IMG/VR virus record: IMGVR_UViG_3300014205_000011
Location: 24,246-88,245 of that record
DNA length: 64,000 bases
Source of the DNA: a virus
Taxonomy: Duplodnaviria; Caudoviricetes
Strand: one strand, 5' to 3'
The notes under the pieces are model-generated. The model was not told the origin of the DNA. It searched no databases and saw nothing but the letters and a program-made list of their open reading frames with translations. This document shows positions 10,765 to 20,131 of this stretch, in pieces; the stretch's first letter is position 1; every line of letters starts with the position of its first letter. The translations under genes were made by a program, and so were the position numbers.

Positions 10765-10970
10765 AATGTTAATGATTTAGCTAAATGATATGGAAAAAAT
10801 AGTGCTAGTTCATCTTGGTATAGTAAGTAATACTTTTTATCTGCCCCCATAAACCCTACTACATCTTCTCCAGTAAAATGCATGTATTCATCTTCATTTG
10901 CACACTCAATAGCATCCCCCCAAGTAATAATAGGTTGTAATCTAAGTAGTACTTCTTCTACTTTCATCAT
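10761..10970 (-). CDS. LFxP-motif microprotein
   Basis: 69 aa; ALFFPYHLAKS. Confidence 0.7.
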   Translation of the reverse strand: MMKVEEVLLRLQPIITWGDAIECANEDEYMHFTGEDVVGFMGADKKYYLLYQDELALFFPYHLAKSLTL

Positions 10971-11191
10971 ATACTTTTACTGCTTCTAAACTCATTTTCA
11001 TATATTGATTTGAATAGTGAATATGGTAAAAATATATTAACATCATGATACCAATATTGTATAGTTTCATTGTTAATAACAATGTTAAAATGTACAATAC
11101 TTTTTAAACCTTGCCCATGAAGTTTATAAAATGTAGAAATTGTATCTTCAGAATCTTTAACACCAAGTCTAACTAAATCATTTTGTATCAT
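10967..11191 (-). CDS. LFxP-motif microprotein
   Basis: 74 aa; NIFLPYSLFKS. Confidence 0.7.
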   Translation of the reverse strand: MIQNDLVRLGVKDSEDTISTFYKLHGQGLKSIVHFNIVINNETIQYWYHDVNIFLPYSLFKSIYENEFRSSKSI

Positions 11192-11424
11192 ACTTTAACT
11201 ATTAAATTATAAGGAAGAAATAAACTATATTCATATGTGTATAATTTATATACTTTATAATCAAGTCTAAAAATATTCCACGCTTTCCCATTTTTTAAAT
11301 CATATGATTTAGCCTGAGTAACTAGATGATTTACTGTGTAAGGATAATCTTTATACTCTTTATATCTGTCACTAAGTAACCTATCTATAATAGATTGATA
11401 CAATTTTACATTTAAAGTTCCCAT
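11188..11424 (-). CDS. LFxP-motif microprotein
   Basis: 78 aa; SLFLPYNL. Confidence 0.7.
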   Translation of the reverse strand: MGTLNVKLYQSIIDRLLSDRYKEYKDYPYTVNHLVTQAKSYDLKNGKAWNIFRLDYKVYKLYTYEYSLFLPYNLIVKV

Positions 11425-12032
11425 AACTTATATTGTTGAATAACTTCTCTATTATCATGAATAAAATAAAACACCATTTTTCTATCTTCTATATTTTCTA
11501 TAGGGGTATATAATGGGCCACTTCCAGGTTTAGTAATATATCTAATAGAATCATCTGGTATTTTACCTTCTGAAACTAATAAGTCATTAAACACTTTAGA
11601 ATATATCACACCAAAGTTTTCAATGTCCCAATTATTTCTACCAGGTACTTGATATATCTCACATTCTATAATAATGGGCAAAGTTGTAATAATAGGTACT
11701 TGTTGAACATAAGGAAGTAAAAACTTTTTAAGTCCGTTTACTATATTCATTCTTACAGAATAGTTACCTGCATAAATAAATTGGTTATTAATAGCTTGAT
11801 ACTTAGGTGTTCCTGCACTCTTAGCATTAGCTACTATTCTATTACCATTTTCATTTATGAGATACCCTTCTGTGTTGAATTTGTAGTTCTTGTATTTTTT
11901 AGGAATTTTAGTCTTTCTAAGCAATCCTGGGTATTTGCTGTAGAAGATTTCTCTCCTCTTCTGGCTGACTAATACCTTGGTTATGAACTGGGGTATTGTC
12001 AGAGTATAAAATGGCTCTTGATTCTGCTTCAC
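11412..12032 (-). CDS. RusA-like Holliday junction resolvase
   Basis: WDIENF...KVFNDLLVSEGKIPDDSIRYI matches the RusA acidic motifs. Confidence 0.7.
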   Translation of the reverse strand: MKQNQEPFYTLTIPQFITKVLVSQKRREIFYSKYPGLLRKTKIPKKYKNYKFNTEGYLINENGNRIVANAKSAGTPKYQAINNQFIYAGNYSVRMNIVNGLKKFLLPYVQQVPIITTLPIIIECEIYQVPGRNNWDIENFGVIYSKVFNDLLVSEGKIPDDSIRYITKPGSGPLYTPIENIEDRKMVFYFIHDNREVIQQYKLWEL

Positions 12033-12672
12033 TCATTCTCTTTCTCTTTTGGTTTATAAATTCTTTTAATTCATTTGTAGATGCCTGTCTATCTTTAGTA
12101 AGCTTATGTTCACTTGTTTTAATTAATACACATTTAGGTTCTCTAATTTCTACATCAAAGTAATTATTTTGAAAATCTTTAATTAATGTTTCAAAATAAG
12201 GAAATATTTTTATTGCGTTAGGATGAAATACAAATTTATACATGCGTATATCTAAATTAGTTTGTATGTTACCATAACAATAGTTAATGTATTCTTCTAC
12301 TTTATCTTCTTTTATTAACACAGTCATAAGCATACAATATTGGTCAAGTGTATATCTATGTTGCATAAACCCCCATAAATAATTAACTCTTAATAAAAAA
12401 TCATAAGGTGAGATATATTTAAACTCTCCATCAGATGTTTTAATTCTACTAGTAGATTGATGGTTAGATAAATAAGGAATTACAAAATAATCTTTATTTA
12501 TTCCTATTTGCATTTTACTTGATTCAATACTATTATGAATACTTAAAACATTTACATAACCTTCTTCTTCATTTTTAAATAATATTCCATTTTGAAAATT
12601 AATACATATATTAATAGAAGGGTAAACATATTTTTCAAAACTAACATCATGTTGTTTATTTACTAATATCAT
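11917..12672 (-). CDS. Uncharacterised protein at the end of the Ubl operon
   Basis: 251 aa, overlaps the E1 gene end; no family recognised. Confidence 0.6.
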   Translation of the reverse strand: MILVNKQHDVSFEKYVYPSINICINFQNGILFKNEEEGYVNVLSIHNSIESSKMQIGINKDYFVIPYLSNHQSTSRIKTSDGEFKYISPYDFLLRVNYLWGFMQHRYTLDQYCMLMTVLIKEDKVEEYINYCYGNIQTNLDIRMYKFVFHPNAIKIFPYFETLIKDFQNNYFDVEIREPKCVLIKTSEHKLTKDRQASTNELKEFINQKRKRMSEAESRAILYSDNTPVHNQGISQPEEERNLLQQIPRIA

Positions 12673-13387
12673 AATACATGCTTATCATTTCAAGTTTAAG
12701 ATTAGGTAAAGGGCAAATAGGTTTCTTATATACAAAATTAGTAAGGTAATTTGTAAATGAGTTAACCATATAGGCAGATATTAAGTAAGCATAATGAGTA
12801 GTTATCTTTAAAGTACAACTACCATCTACACCTTCAGAATCGTCAAATAGTGACTTTCTGTATTCATCAATTGTATCTTTGGTTACAATGAATATATCCA
12901 TAGTCCCATATAATATTCTACCATCTATAAAAACACAAGGAGTACTACCATCATTAGTAATAGCTTCTTGTACCCATGATTCAAACATGTCTTTTCTAGC
13001 TTTCATAGAGTCAAAACATGAAAAACATATGGATTCTATTGGAGAATCTTCAGTAAATAATTCATTTTTAGCTGTTACATTATCTTCACCTGAAAAACTA
13101 GCACACAACTCTTTAATAGCATCTACTTTAGGCATACCTAAATGTTTCATGTGATAGCCCTGTGCTCCTAAGTTAACAGTATCTACAGAATCATTATCCC
13201 ATATAGTAAGTTGATGTCCATATCTAGATAATATCATAGCTATGTGTGATCCAGTTGCTCCAGCCCCTCCTATAGTTATAGGATAAAATTTACCAAACCA
13301 AGGCGCATCTTTATACCTGATATTTTTCTCTTCGTAATTAGGCTCCAACTTGATTTGGGAAGGCATCGTTATATTTGGTGAATTCAT
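12656..13387 (-). CDS. ThiF/E1-like ubiquitin-activating enzyme
   Basis: IGGAGATGS, WDNDSVDTVNLGAQ, CFDSMKAR, FIDGR, candidate catalytic Cys in GSCT. Confidence 0.9.
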   Translation of the reverse strand: MNSPNITMPSQIKLEPNYEEKNIRYKDAPWFGKFYPITIGGAGATGSHIAMILSRYGHQLTIWDNDSVDTVNLGAQGYHMKHLGMPKVDAIKELCASFSGEDNVTAKNELFTEDSPIESICFSCFDSMKARKDMFESWVQEAITNDGSTPCVFIDGRILYGTMDIFIVTKDTIDEYRKSLFDDSEGVDGSCTLKITTHYAYLISAYMVNSFTNYLTNFVYKKPICPLPNLKLEMISMYYDISK

Positions 13388-14564
13388 TTATTTCTTTCTC
13401 CATTTCTTTTTTAAGATACTCTTTATAATAATTTTTTACATCATCTCTTGGTTGTCCTAAATCAACTTCAGTCATACCATGATAAATAGAATGATAAAAG
13501 AAACAAGTATATGCAGTATATAACAAAGGATCTGCTTGTGGTGACATTTTTGCCCTTATTTCATATATTGTATCATAATGAATAAAATATAAGTCTAACG
13601 CTTCATCTACAGCTTGTTTCAATTTTCCATCTTTTCTAAGTTGAAATATTGATTCTTGTTTAGCTTCTCTAATTTCTTCCATTATAGTATCTACAACATC
13701 ATAGTTAATAGAATATAAACTTGTTGTTTGTTTTAACCTAAACAAATCACACATCATTAAAGCAGGTTTAGTTTTATGTTTTGTATACATTTTATACTCA
13801 ACAAGTGTTGCTTGGAGATCATCAGGAAGCTTAATAATAGTTTTCAAAGGATCTTTCCCAATCGTCATACCAGTCTGAGGATAAGTAACTTTGGAAGGTA
13901 AAACTATTGGGGTTTTGAACTTTTTTTTCAGTGCCTCTGCTTTCTTTTTAAATACATCGTCTATTTGAATTTCTTCAGTTTCATATAATACTTTACAATC
14001 ATAATAATGTAATACATCTTTTTCTACTTTAGTAGTTACTTTTGTTTCTTTAGTAACAAAGTTTGTTACCCTAGCTATGTGATTAGTAACATCTGCATTG
14101 TAACATAACCTAGCTATAGCTTCCCATTTGTTATTTACAATTAAACTTACATAAAAAGGAAATATCTTACAAGAGTCTGTAATTTCTTCATTATCTGGCC
14201 CTGAAAAGAACACTCCTGTTGATACATGTGTATGTATAAATCCTCTATTAACTAATCCTTTAACAAAATCAGGATTATAAGTATATATATCTTCTGCGTG
14301 TTCTTGAAGATCTTCATAATCAAATGCCATACCTTTAGCATAGTTTATAGGCAACATATCATGTACATTTATAGTACATTCATGAGGATCTTTACTATCT
14401 GAACTCCAATATATTACTCCAGACCATTCATTACCTGGATGATCTTTATGCAAATATTGAATTTGATTCTGTAGTTTAATTGATAACACCAAAGTAGGTG
14501 TCCCAATTAATTTTACTGCTGATACTTCTTTTTTGGCAGAAGTCGCTGTTGTAGTAGTCATCAC
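13338..14564 (-). CDS. JAB/MPN+ (JAMM) metallo-isopeptidase
   Basis: EWSG plus exact H-x-H-x7-S-x2-D (HTHVSTGVFFSGPD). Confidence 0.85.
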   Translation of the reverse strand: MMTTTTATSAKKEVSAVKLIGTPTLVLSIKLQNQIQYLHKDHPGNEWSGVIYWSSDSKDPHECTINVHDMLPINYAKGMAFDYEDLQEHAEDIYTYNPDFVKGLVNRGFIHTHVSTGVFFSGPDNEEITDSCKIFPFYVSLIVNNKWEAIARLCYNADVTNHIARVTNFVTKETKVTTKVEKDVLHYYDCKVLYETEEIQIDDVFKKKAEALKKKFKTPIVLPSKVTYPQTGMTIGKDPLKTIIKLPDDLQATLVEYKMYTKHKTKPALMMCDLFRLKQTTSLYSINYDVVDTIMEEIREAKQESIFQLRKDGKLKQAVDEALDLYFIHYDTIYEIRAKMSPQADPLLYTAYTCFFYHSIYHGMTEVDLGQPRDDVKNYYKEYLKKEMEKEINEFTKYNDAFPNQVGA

Positions 14565-15915
14565 TATATAATTTTAATACGTTTGTTATTTGTGTTCTTA
14601 TTTTGTTTTTTAACTGATTGTAAATATCTATATAAACTTGATCTGATATTGCATTATTTTCTTCTATTTTTAACCAAGCTTTTTCAAATTCTATATCTTC
14701 TTCTTCTACTGGTAAAAAAGATAAAGGTAGTTGAATATCACCAAATTTTGCTGAAAGACCTTCTACATCATATTTATCTTCAAATAACTTAACAGGAGAT
14801 TTAAACTTTTTAGACATTAACTGTGTAGTTGTTGGCATATAATCAAAACATAATTTATTCACTACTCCTTTAATATCATACTGTTCATCAAATGTAATTT
14901 GAAGATTTGAAGCAACATATACTATTTTAGTTATACATTCCATAATATCCAATCCTCTAGCAATTAAAGCATTGGCTACAGCATTAGTATTTATTGAATT
15001 ATTTGAACCAGTTTCTCTATGTGACAATGCTTGTTTTATGTTAACATAAGGCCCCCCTTCAAGTGATTCATAGCTTACATAGTCACACAAATGATACAAA
15101 AATGAAGTTAATACTACAGGTTTAAATTCTCTACATAAATTACCCCATAATTGAGTAATGGCAGAGTCGCCTAAACAAAAAGCATTATAACTACCATGAG
15201 AATTACTCACACTTAAATGTGAATGTAAATATAAATAATTATTAATTATATCAGAAGAATTAAATGTAACTCTAGTACCATTAACACTACCTACAGCAGC
15301 ACATTTATCATTTGATACTACTCTAATCTTAACCAATAAATCTCTAATTATTTTAAAATGTTTTTTTGAGTTAGTAATAATTACTTTAGGAAACTTAATG
15401 TAAAAGTCTGCTGTATAAGGATATGTATCAGTTACAGTATAAGCATAATTACCTTCACCAAATATACTAGAAGCATCTTTTATAAAATATTCAACAGCAT
15501 CTTCTATTCTTTTCTTAGCTGTTTTAACATCTATAAATTTTATAAGTGAACCAAGAGCTGTTATTTGATGATAATGAAAAGTATTATAAGCAAATTTGTT
15601 AATAATTTTAATTCTACTAAGCACATCTTGTATAAACACTGCTGTTAATTTAGAACTTGTTTCTGCAGTAAAAAATAAAATATCATATTTATCTGTAGTA
15701 ATTCTGTCATAATAATAATATCTAATATCTGATAAAATTCTATCACTAAAATTACTAATGTCTATTTCTAATTCATTTAAAGCATCATTAGTATTTGTTA
15801 TCATAGAATTTTTCCACAATACATATTGCATATAGCCTAAGTTATCTACAGCTTTTTTTACTTCATCAATATTTTTTAATTTTAGTTCATCTAACCGTTT
15901 TGTATCTATAATCAT
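14476..15915 (-). CDS. Prokaryotic E2-like conjugating enzyme domain protein
   Basis: YLHSHL...AFCLGDS...YESLEGGPY resembles the E2 HPN...CL core; lies between Ubl and JAB. Confidence 0.7.
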   Translation of the reverse strand: MIIDTKRLDELKLKNIDEVKKAVDNLGYMQYVLWKNSMITNTNDALNELEIDISNFSDRILSDIRYYYYDRITTDKYDILFFTAETSSKLTAVFIQDVLSRIKIINKFAYNTFHYHQITALGSLIKFIDVKTAKKRIEDAVEYFIKDASSIFGEGNYAYTVTDTYPYTADFYIKFPKVIITNSKKHFKIIRDLLVKIRVVSNDKCAAVGSVNGTRVTFNSSDIINNYLYLHSHLSVSNSHGSYNAFCLGDSAITQLWGNLCREFKPVVLTSFLYHLCDYVSYESLEGGPYVNIKQALSHRETGSNNSINTNAVANALIARGLDIMECITKIVYVASNLQITFDEQYDIKGVVNKLCFDYMPTTTQLMSKKFKSPVKLFEDKYDVEGLSAKFGDIQLPLSFLPVEEEDIEFEKAWLKIEENNAISDQVYIDIYNQLKNKIRTQITNVLKLYSDDYYNSDFCQKRSISSKINWDTYFGVIN

Positions 15916-15930
15916 ATTTTAAAATTAAAT

Positions 15931-15956
15931 AACTAGGAGAACGAAATCTCCTAGTT
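15931..15956 (-). terminator. Hairpin between the Ubl and E2 genes
   Basis: Perfect 10-bp stem AACTAGGAGA/TCTCCTAGTT, then ATTTAATTTT. Confidence 0.65.
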
Positions 15957-15974
15957 ATATGATTAATTAGTGCC

Positions 15975-16223
15975 TTATATAGCACCTTTATGTTTATCTT
16001 CTACTAGGTATATCATGATACCATCACCATTAGGCAATACATCACTAGTTTTCAATACCCATTTATCAGTACCTGTAGTCCATTGTGTACCCATTACAGC
16101 TTTAGTATTAGCATATTGAGGATATTTATCTAAAAATTCTCCCCATGTAGTTATACTGTCATCAATTACACAATCTGTAGGAGCTCCACCAGCTCTACTA
16201 TCTACCATCATTATTGTTCTCAT
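15975..16223 (-). CDS. Ubiquitin-like (beta-grasp) modifier candidate
   Basis: 82 aa; beta-beta-alpha-beta pattern (TIMMVD, ITTWGEFL, DVLP, IMIYLV); ends KHKG-AI; first gene of the E2/JAB/E1 cluster. Confidence 0.65.
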   Translation of the reverse strand: MRTIMMVDSRAGGAPTDCVIDDSITTWGEFLDKYPQYANTKAVMGTQWTTGTDKWVLKTSDVLPNGDGIMIYLVEDKHKGAI

Positions 16224-17107
16224 ATCAATTCTTTTAATTTGTTTGTTGTTTGTTCTAATCCATAGTCTATCACCATATCCGTAAAGTCTTTGGTATATGG
16301 TGATACTATAGAGTTAATATTGTACTTATCAGTATAATGTACAGCTCCTTTCATTCCTGGCCCATCATTATCAAAATTCACATACATATCAAACCTGTTA
16401 AGTAAGTACCTAACAGTTTGTTCACGTATATGAATCATTTCACTAGCAGGAGCTATAGAATTATAGCCAATTGATTTTAAAAACATCACATCTTTTAAGC
16501 TTTTAGTGATGATAAGCTTAGGATTAGTAAAATCTAATCCTTGTAATCCTTGTATATTACACCCTTTAGATAAAAACTTAGGTTTACAATAAGGGAGATA
16601 TATTTTCCAACCTTTACTAAAAAAGTATATAAAAGCAAGATTGTCTTTATAGTCCCTAAATATTACATTATTTCCTTTATATATCAATCTAATAGGATAT
16701 ACATCATACATGTTAAGTATGTGTTTATTTATATTATATTTAGCCCAATAATCTATATGCTTACTCTGCCACTCACTTATTTTATATTCTATATTATTAT
16801 CACTCTCCTCATATATTGGGACTATAGTTTTGTTTACTATGGTAATATTAAGTTGCGAATATATTAAATCAACAGCTTGCCCATAATTTACTTTATAAAG
16901 CAATTTTACAAACTGCCATATATTACCATTCTCTCCACAACCAAAACATCTAAATCTATTATTATCAACTAATAAACTAGGGGTTTTTTCTTTGTGAAAA
17001 GGACATAATACTTTTCCTTTAGAAGTACCTGCATATTTATTAAACAGCATAGCTTCTGTAACATTAGATAAAATTTTATCTCTTTTATTTCTAATGTCTA
17101 TGATCAA
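16220..17107 (-). CDS. DNA primase (CHC2 zinc finger plus Toprim)
   Basis: CPFHKEKTPS, CFGCG, ITKSLKDVM, FDNDGPG. Confidence 0.9.
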   Translation of the reverse strand: MIIDIRNKRDKILSNVTEAMLFNKYAGTSKGKVLCPFHKEKTPSLLVDNNRFRCFGCGENGNIWQFVKLLYKVNYGQAVDLIYSQLNITIVNKTIVPIYEESDNNIEYKISEWQSKHIDYWAKYNINKHILNMYDVYPIRLIYKGNNVIFRDYKDNLAFIYFFSKGWKIYLPYCKPKFLSKGCNIQGLQGLDFTNPKLIITKSLKDVMFLKSIGYNSIAPASEMIHIREQTVRYLLNRFDMYVNFDNDGPGMKGAVHYTDKYNINSIVSPYTKDFTDMVIDYGLEQTTNKLKELI

Positions 17108-17120
17108 AGTTACCCCCTAA

Positions 17121-17627
17121 CTAGAAAGGAAGGTCATTTTCTGGGTTAGGTTGCCCAGCATCTGAATCTGTAGTAGATTCTAATTTAGCAACTTCTGCTA
17201 TAGTTTCTTTTTGTTTAGCGCTAAATTTAAGCGTATTACCATATTCTTCAAGTCTAATAAAATTAGCAAATGGGCAATTATAATACACTTTACCATTAGA
17301 ACCACTAATTGTAGGTACTAACATAAAAGATACTTTTTTACCTACTAATTGCTGAAACAATGATGATTCAACTCTTTCTGCAAGATCTGAATCCATCAAT
17401 GATGTCCACAATTCTTTTAGCCTTGAAACAGCTTTTTCACTCACATAGAATTTCTCATAATGAGTACCGGCTTTAGTTTCAAACAATACTCCTAAGTAAG
17501 GACTAGGTAACACATTACCATCTTTGTCTTGTGTAACTTCATCTACTTTAGCAATTACACCATTGTAAATACCAGCTTCCTGTATATAAGGACGCTTCAC
17601 TTCTTCATTACCAATGTTTATATCCAT
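17121..17627 (-). CDS. ssDNA-binding protein (putative)
   Basis: OB-like; acidic tail ending NDLPF. Confidence 0.65.
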   Translation of the reverse strand: MDINIGNEEVKRPYIQEAGIYNGVIAKVDEVTQDKDGNVLPSPYLGVLFETKAGTHYEKFYVSEKAVSRLKELWTSLMDSDLAERVESSLFQQLVGKKVSFMLVPTISGSNGKVYYNCPFANFIRLEEYGNTLKFSAKQKETIAEVAKLESTTDSDAGQPNPENDLPF

Positions 17628-17641
17628 TTTGTACTTTGTTT

Positions 17642-17941
17642 TTAATTGCTACTCACTGATTGATTAAGTTGTAAATCATCAGTATTTACTTCTGTATTTG
17701 TAGATTTTACAAATACTATTTCAGTTTTTTCATAAAACCTTTTAGGTGTAAGGTTAAGCGATTTACAAGCTACTTGTATATCTTTAGGCAACACTTTGTA
17801 TTTATCAGCTAATGAAGCATACAAATCTTTTACTTTCATGTTACCACTTAGCTCCTCAAATGAAGCTTTAAACTCACTTTCATCTATTTCTACTTTATAC
17901 GCCATTTTTATTTGTTTAAACTTGGAAATATTAATCCCCAA
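17642..17941 (-). CDS. Hypothetical helical/HTH-like protein
   Basis: 99 aa between the SSB and AAA genes. Confidence 0.5.
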   Translation of the reverse strand: MGINISKFKQIKMAYKVEIDESEFKASFEELSGNMKVKDLYASLADKYKVLPKDIQVACKSLNLTPKRFYEKTEIVFVKSTNTEVNTDDLQLNQSVSSN

Positions 17942-18687
17942 TTAGTTGTTAATCCTTTATCAGTTTTCTCTGATATTATAAATTCTTTACCTGATAAATG
18001 TTCAGGTCTAGCTCCAGTAGCTAAATCTTGCTCTGAAGTTTTAAAAGATAATATGTTTTGGCTAGTTTCTTTATTCCTATACATATATCCTATTGCATCT
18101 GCATCTTGACACACTATAGTTTTTAACTTACCAGTAAGTTGTATATCTCTAGCTTGCAAATCTTTACCATCTTTACTAATAGATGCAGTCTTTACGTGCC
18201 CTGCTAATATAAGACATTTAGTAGAAAGCCCTGTAAATTGATCATAGATCTTTTTAAAAGCTTTTCTAAGCCAGTCATATCCAGCACCATTAGGAAGTTC
18301 AGCTACTACATCATTACCTTTATAGTCTTTACCTACTACTGCTTTTTTATATAAATCTACTGCATATTCTCTAGCTATATCTTCCAAAGCTGTAGTAGTG
18401 TCTATGATTATAAAATCATATTGAAAACCTTTAACAGCTTCTTCTCGTAATTTAACAGCTATTTCAGCAAGTATTTGTATAGGTTTTTTACCTTCTTTAA
18501 CAGCTATTTGTTTTACATTTAAAGATTGAGATTCATATGAATCTGTACCATCTTCTAAATCTATTACTAAACTATTAGGAAGTTGACAAAGGTTAGATGA
18601 TTTACCTACTTTAGCATGACTAAATATAAATAATCTTTTAGGCTCTGTAGTTCCTACAGTAGTTCTTTCTTTAGGTAATTCAAACAT
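17908..18687 (-). CDS. AAA_24/Sak4-like P-loop ATPase
   Basis: SHAKVGKS, VIDLEDG, IIIDTTT, ILAGH. Confidence 0.8.
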   Translation of the reverse strand: MFELPKERTTVGTTEPKRLFIFSHAKVGKSSNLCQLPNSLVIDLEDGTDSYESQSLNVKQIAVKEGKKPIQILAEIAVKLREEAVKGFQYDFIIIDTTTALEDIAREYAVDLYKKAVVGKDYKGNDVVAELPNGAGYDWLRKAFKKIYDQFTGLSTKCLILAGHVKTASISKDGKDLQARDIQLTGKLKTIVCQDADAIGYMYRNKETSQNILSFKTSEQDLATGARPEHLSGKEFIISEKTDKGLTTNWGLIFPSLNK

Positions 18688-18689
18688 TT

Positions 18690-18851
18690 TTACTTTTCAT
18701 CTTTCTTTTTTAAAATTATTCTTGTCCAATAATTATTATTTATCCATTCTTCTATTAAATTTTCACTAAAAGCAATTCTTATATTAGATGTTGTCATATA
18801 CATTGACACAAAATTACTGGATAATTTTTTAGGCAAAAATATATTATTCAT
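18690..18851 (-). CDS. LFxP-motif microprotein missed by the ORF track (53 aa)
   Basis: Manual translation MNNIFLPKKLSSNF...KKDEK*. Confidence 0.55.
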   Translation of the reverse strand: MNNIFLPKKLSSNFVSMYMTTSNIRIAFSENLIEEWINNNYWTRIILKKKDEK

Positions 18852-18896
18852 TACATAATCAGCATTTCCAAATGTTTTTTTAAAAACATTTTTTTA

Positions 18897-19166
18897 TCAA
18901 CTCTTCAATCTCAGGTCTTTCCATAAACATCCATCTTTATTTACTATGAAATTATTATTGTATTCAGTATAACTTCCTTTACAAAAAGTTTGATGAGCAA
19001 AATCAGTAGCAAGTTTATCAGGAATTTCTACATCACGGATTAAATGATACCAAAGTTTGTATTTCAATATTAAACTATTTGGAACAAACATTTCTCTACT
19101 GTTATATATACCTTTATATGTAACATTGCGAGATATTATTTCTCTAGTTATTGCTTCTTGTATCAT
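18897..19166 (-). CDS. LFxP-motif microprotein
   Basis: 89 aa; EIISRNV and EMFVPNS. Confidence 0.65.
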   Translation of the reverse strand: MIQEAITREIISRNVTYKGIYNSREMFVPNSLILKYKLWYHLIRDVEIPDKLATDFAHQTFCKGSYTEYNNNFIVNKDGCLWKDLRLKS

Positions 19167-20131
19167 AATTCTCTTATTTCACCTTTATTTACATCTATAT
19201 ATAGAGGTACACATACATCAGCTTCACCATTACGATTTAATGTAATTTTAAGACTTCTATAATGTTCTCCATATTGAGCTATATTAAGACCATTATGTTT
19301 AGTTATATGGTGTCTATGAGGAGCATATAATGTAAGCATAGTAGTACAATCTCTACTAGTTGCTTTATTATCAGCTAACCCATCAATACTAGGCTCAAAT
19401 CTGTCTTCAATTACTTGACCACTATTAGTATATTGAGCTCTTTCTTTATCTAATGTTTGTTGCTGATTTATGAGATAACTTACACCATATTTATTTCTAT
19501 TAGATACACAATCAACAGAAAACTTTTCTATAGTTTGTCTTTTATCCATTCCTCTTTCAGCACTAAGTAATGAAACGTGATCAAGTATTACAAGCCTAAA
19601 CTCATCATTATCAACATATTTACCTTGATCAAAATGTCCATTATTTTTACAATAATCATCTACTTCTTTAAATATACCATATGGATTAATAGACCCTTCT
19701 TTTATAATAAGCACATCTTCAAGTTTTTCAAAATATTCTCTAGTAGAATATATCATATCAAATTTTTCTTGAGACATTCTATTTTCATTAAGAGAAAGTA
19801 TATCTTCACGTTTAAGTATAATATCAAACTTTTTAGACACTCTTCTACTGATACCCCTTATAAGCATTTCTTCAAGAGACATTTCCATACTATAGTAAAA
19901 GATTTTTAACTTAATATCCCTACCCTGTATAAAATCATATGCATTATATACATAACAATTATCAGTAAAAAAGCTTTTACCCACTTTTGGACCAGATGAT
20001 AATAATGTATACACACCTTTTTCAATACCTGGATAATATTTTGAAAATCTAGGTAATCCTATTGGTATAGCATTAAACTCTCTACTTTTATTTTTCTCTA
20101 TCCTATCTACAACCCTATCAAAGTAACTCAT
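19163..20131 (-). CDS. DnaB-like replicative helicase
   Basis: SGPKVGKS, YSMEMS, VILDHVSL, QQQ, LKITLNRNG. Confidence 0.85.
   Translation of the reverse strand: MSYFDRVVDRIEKNKSREFNAIPIGLPRFSKYYPGIEKGVYTLLSSGPKVGKSFFTDNCYVYNAYDFIQGRDIKLKIFYYSMEMSLEEMLIRGISRRVSKKFDIILKREDILSLNENRMSQEKFDMIYSTREYFEKLEDVLIIKEGSINPYGIFKEVDDYCKNNGHFDQGKYVDNDEFRLVILDHVSLLSAERGMDKRQTIEKFSVDCVSNRNKYGVSYLINQQQTLDKERAQYTNSGQVIEDRFEPSIDGLADNKATSRDCTTMLTLYAPHRHHITKHNGLNIAQYGEHYRSLKITLNRNGEADVCVPLYIDVNKGEIREL

Noticed and set aside
12656-13387. ThiF as a thiamine or molybdopterin biosynthesis auxiliary gene
   Set aside because: No ThiS/ThiG/MoaE or sulfur-transfer partners nearby; the neighbours are E2-like and JAB genes
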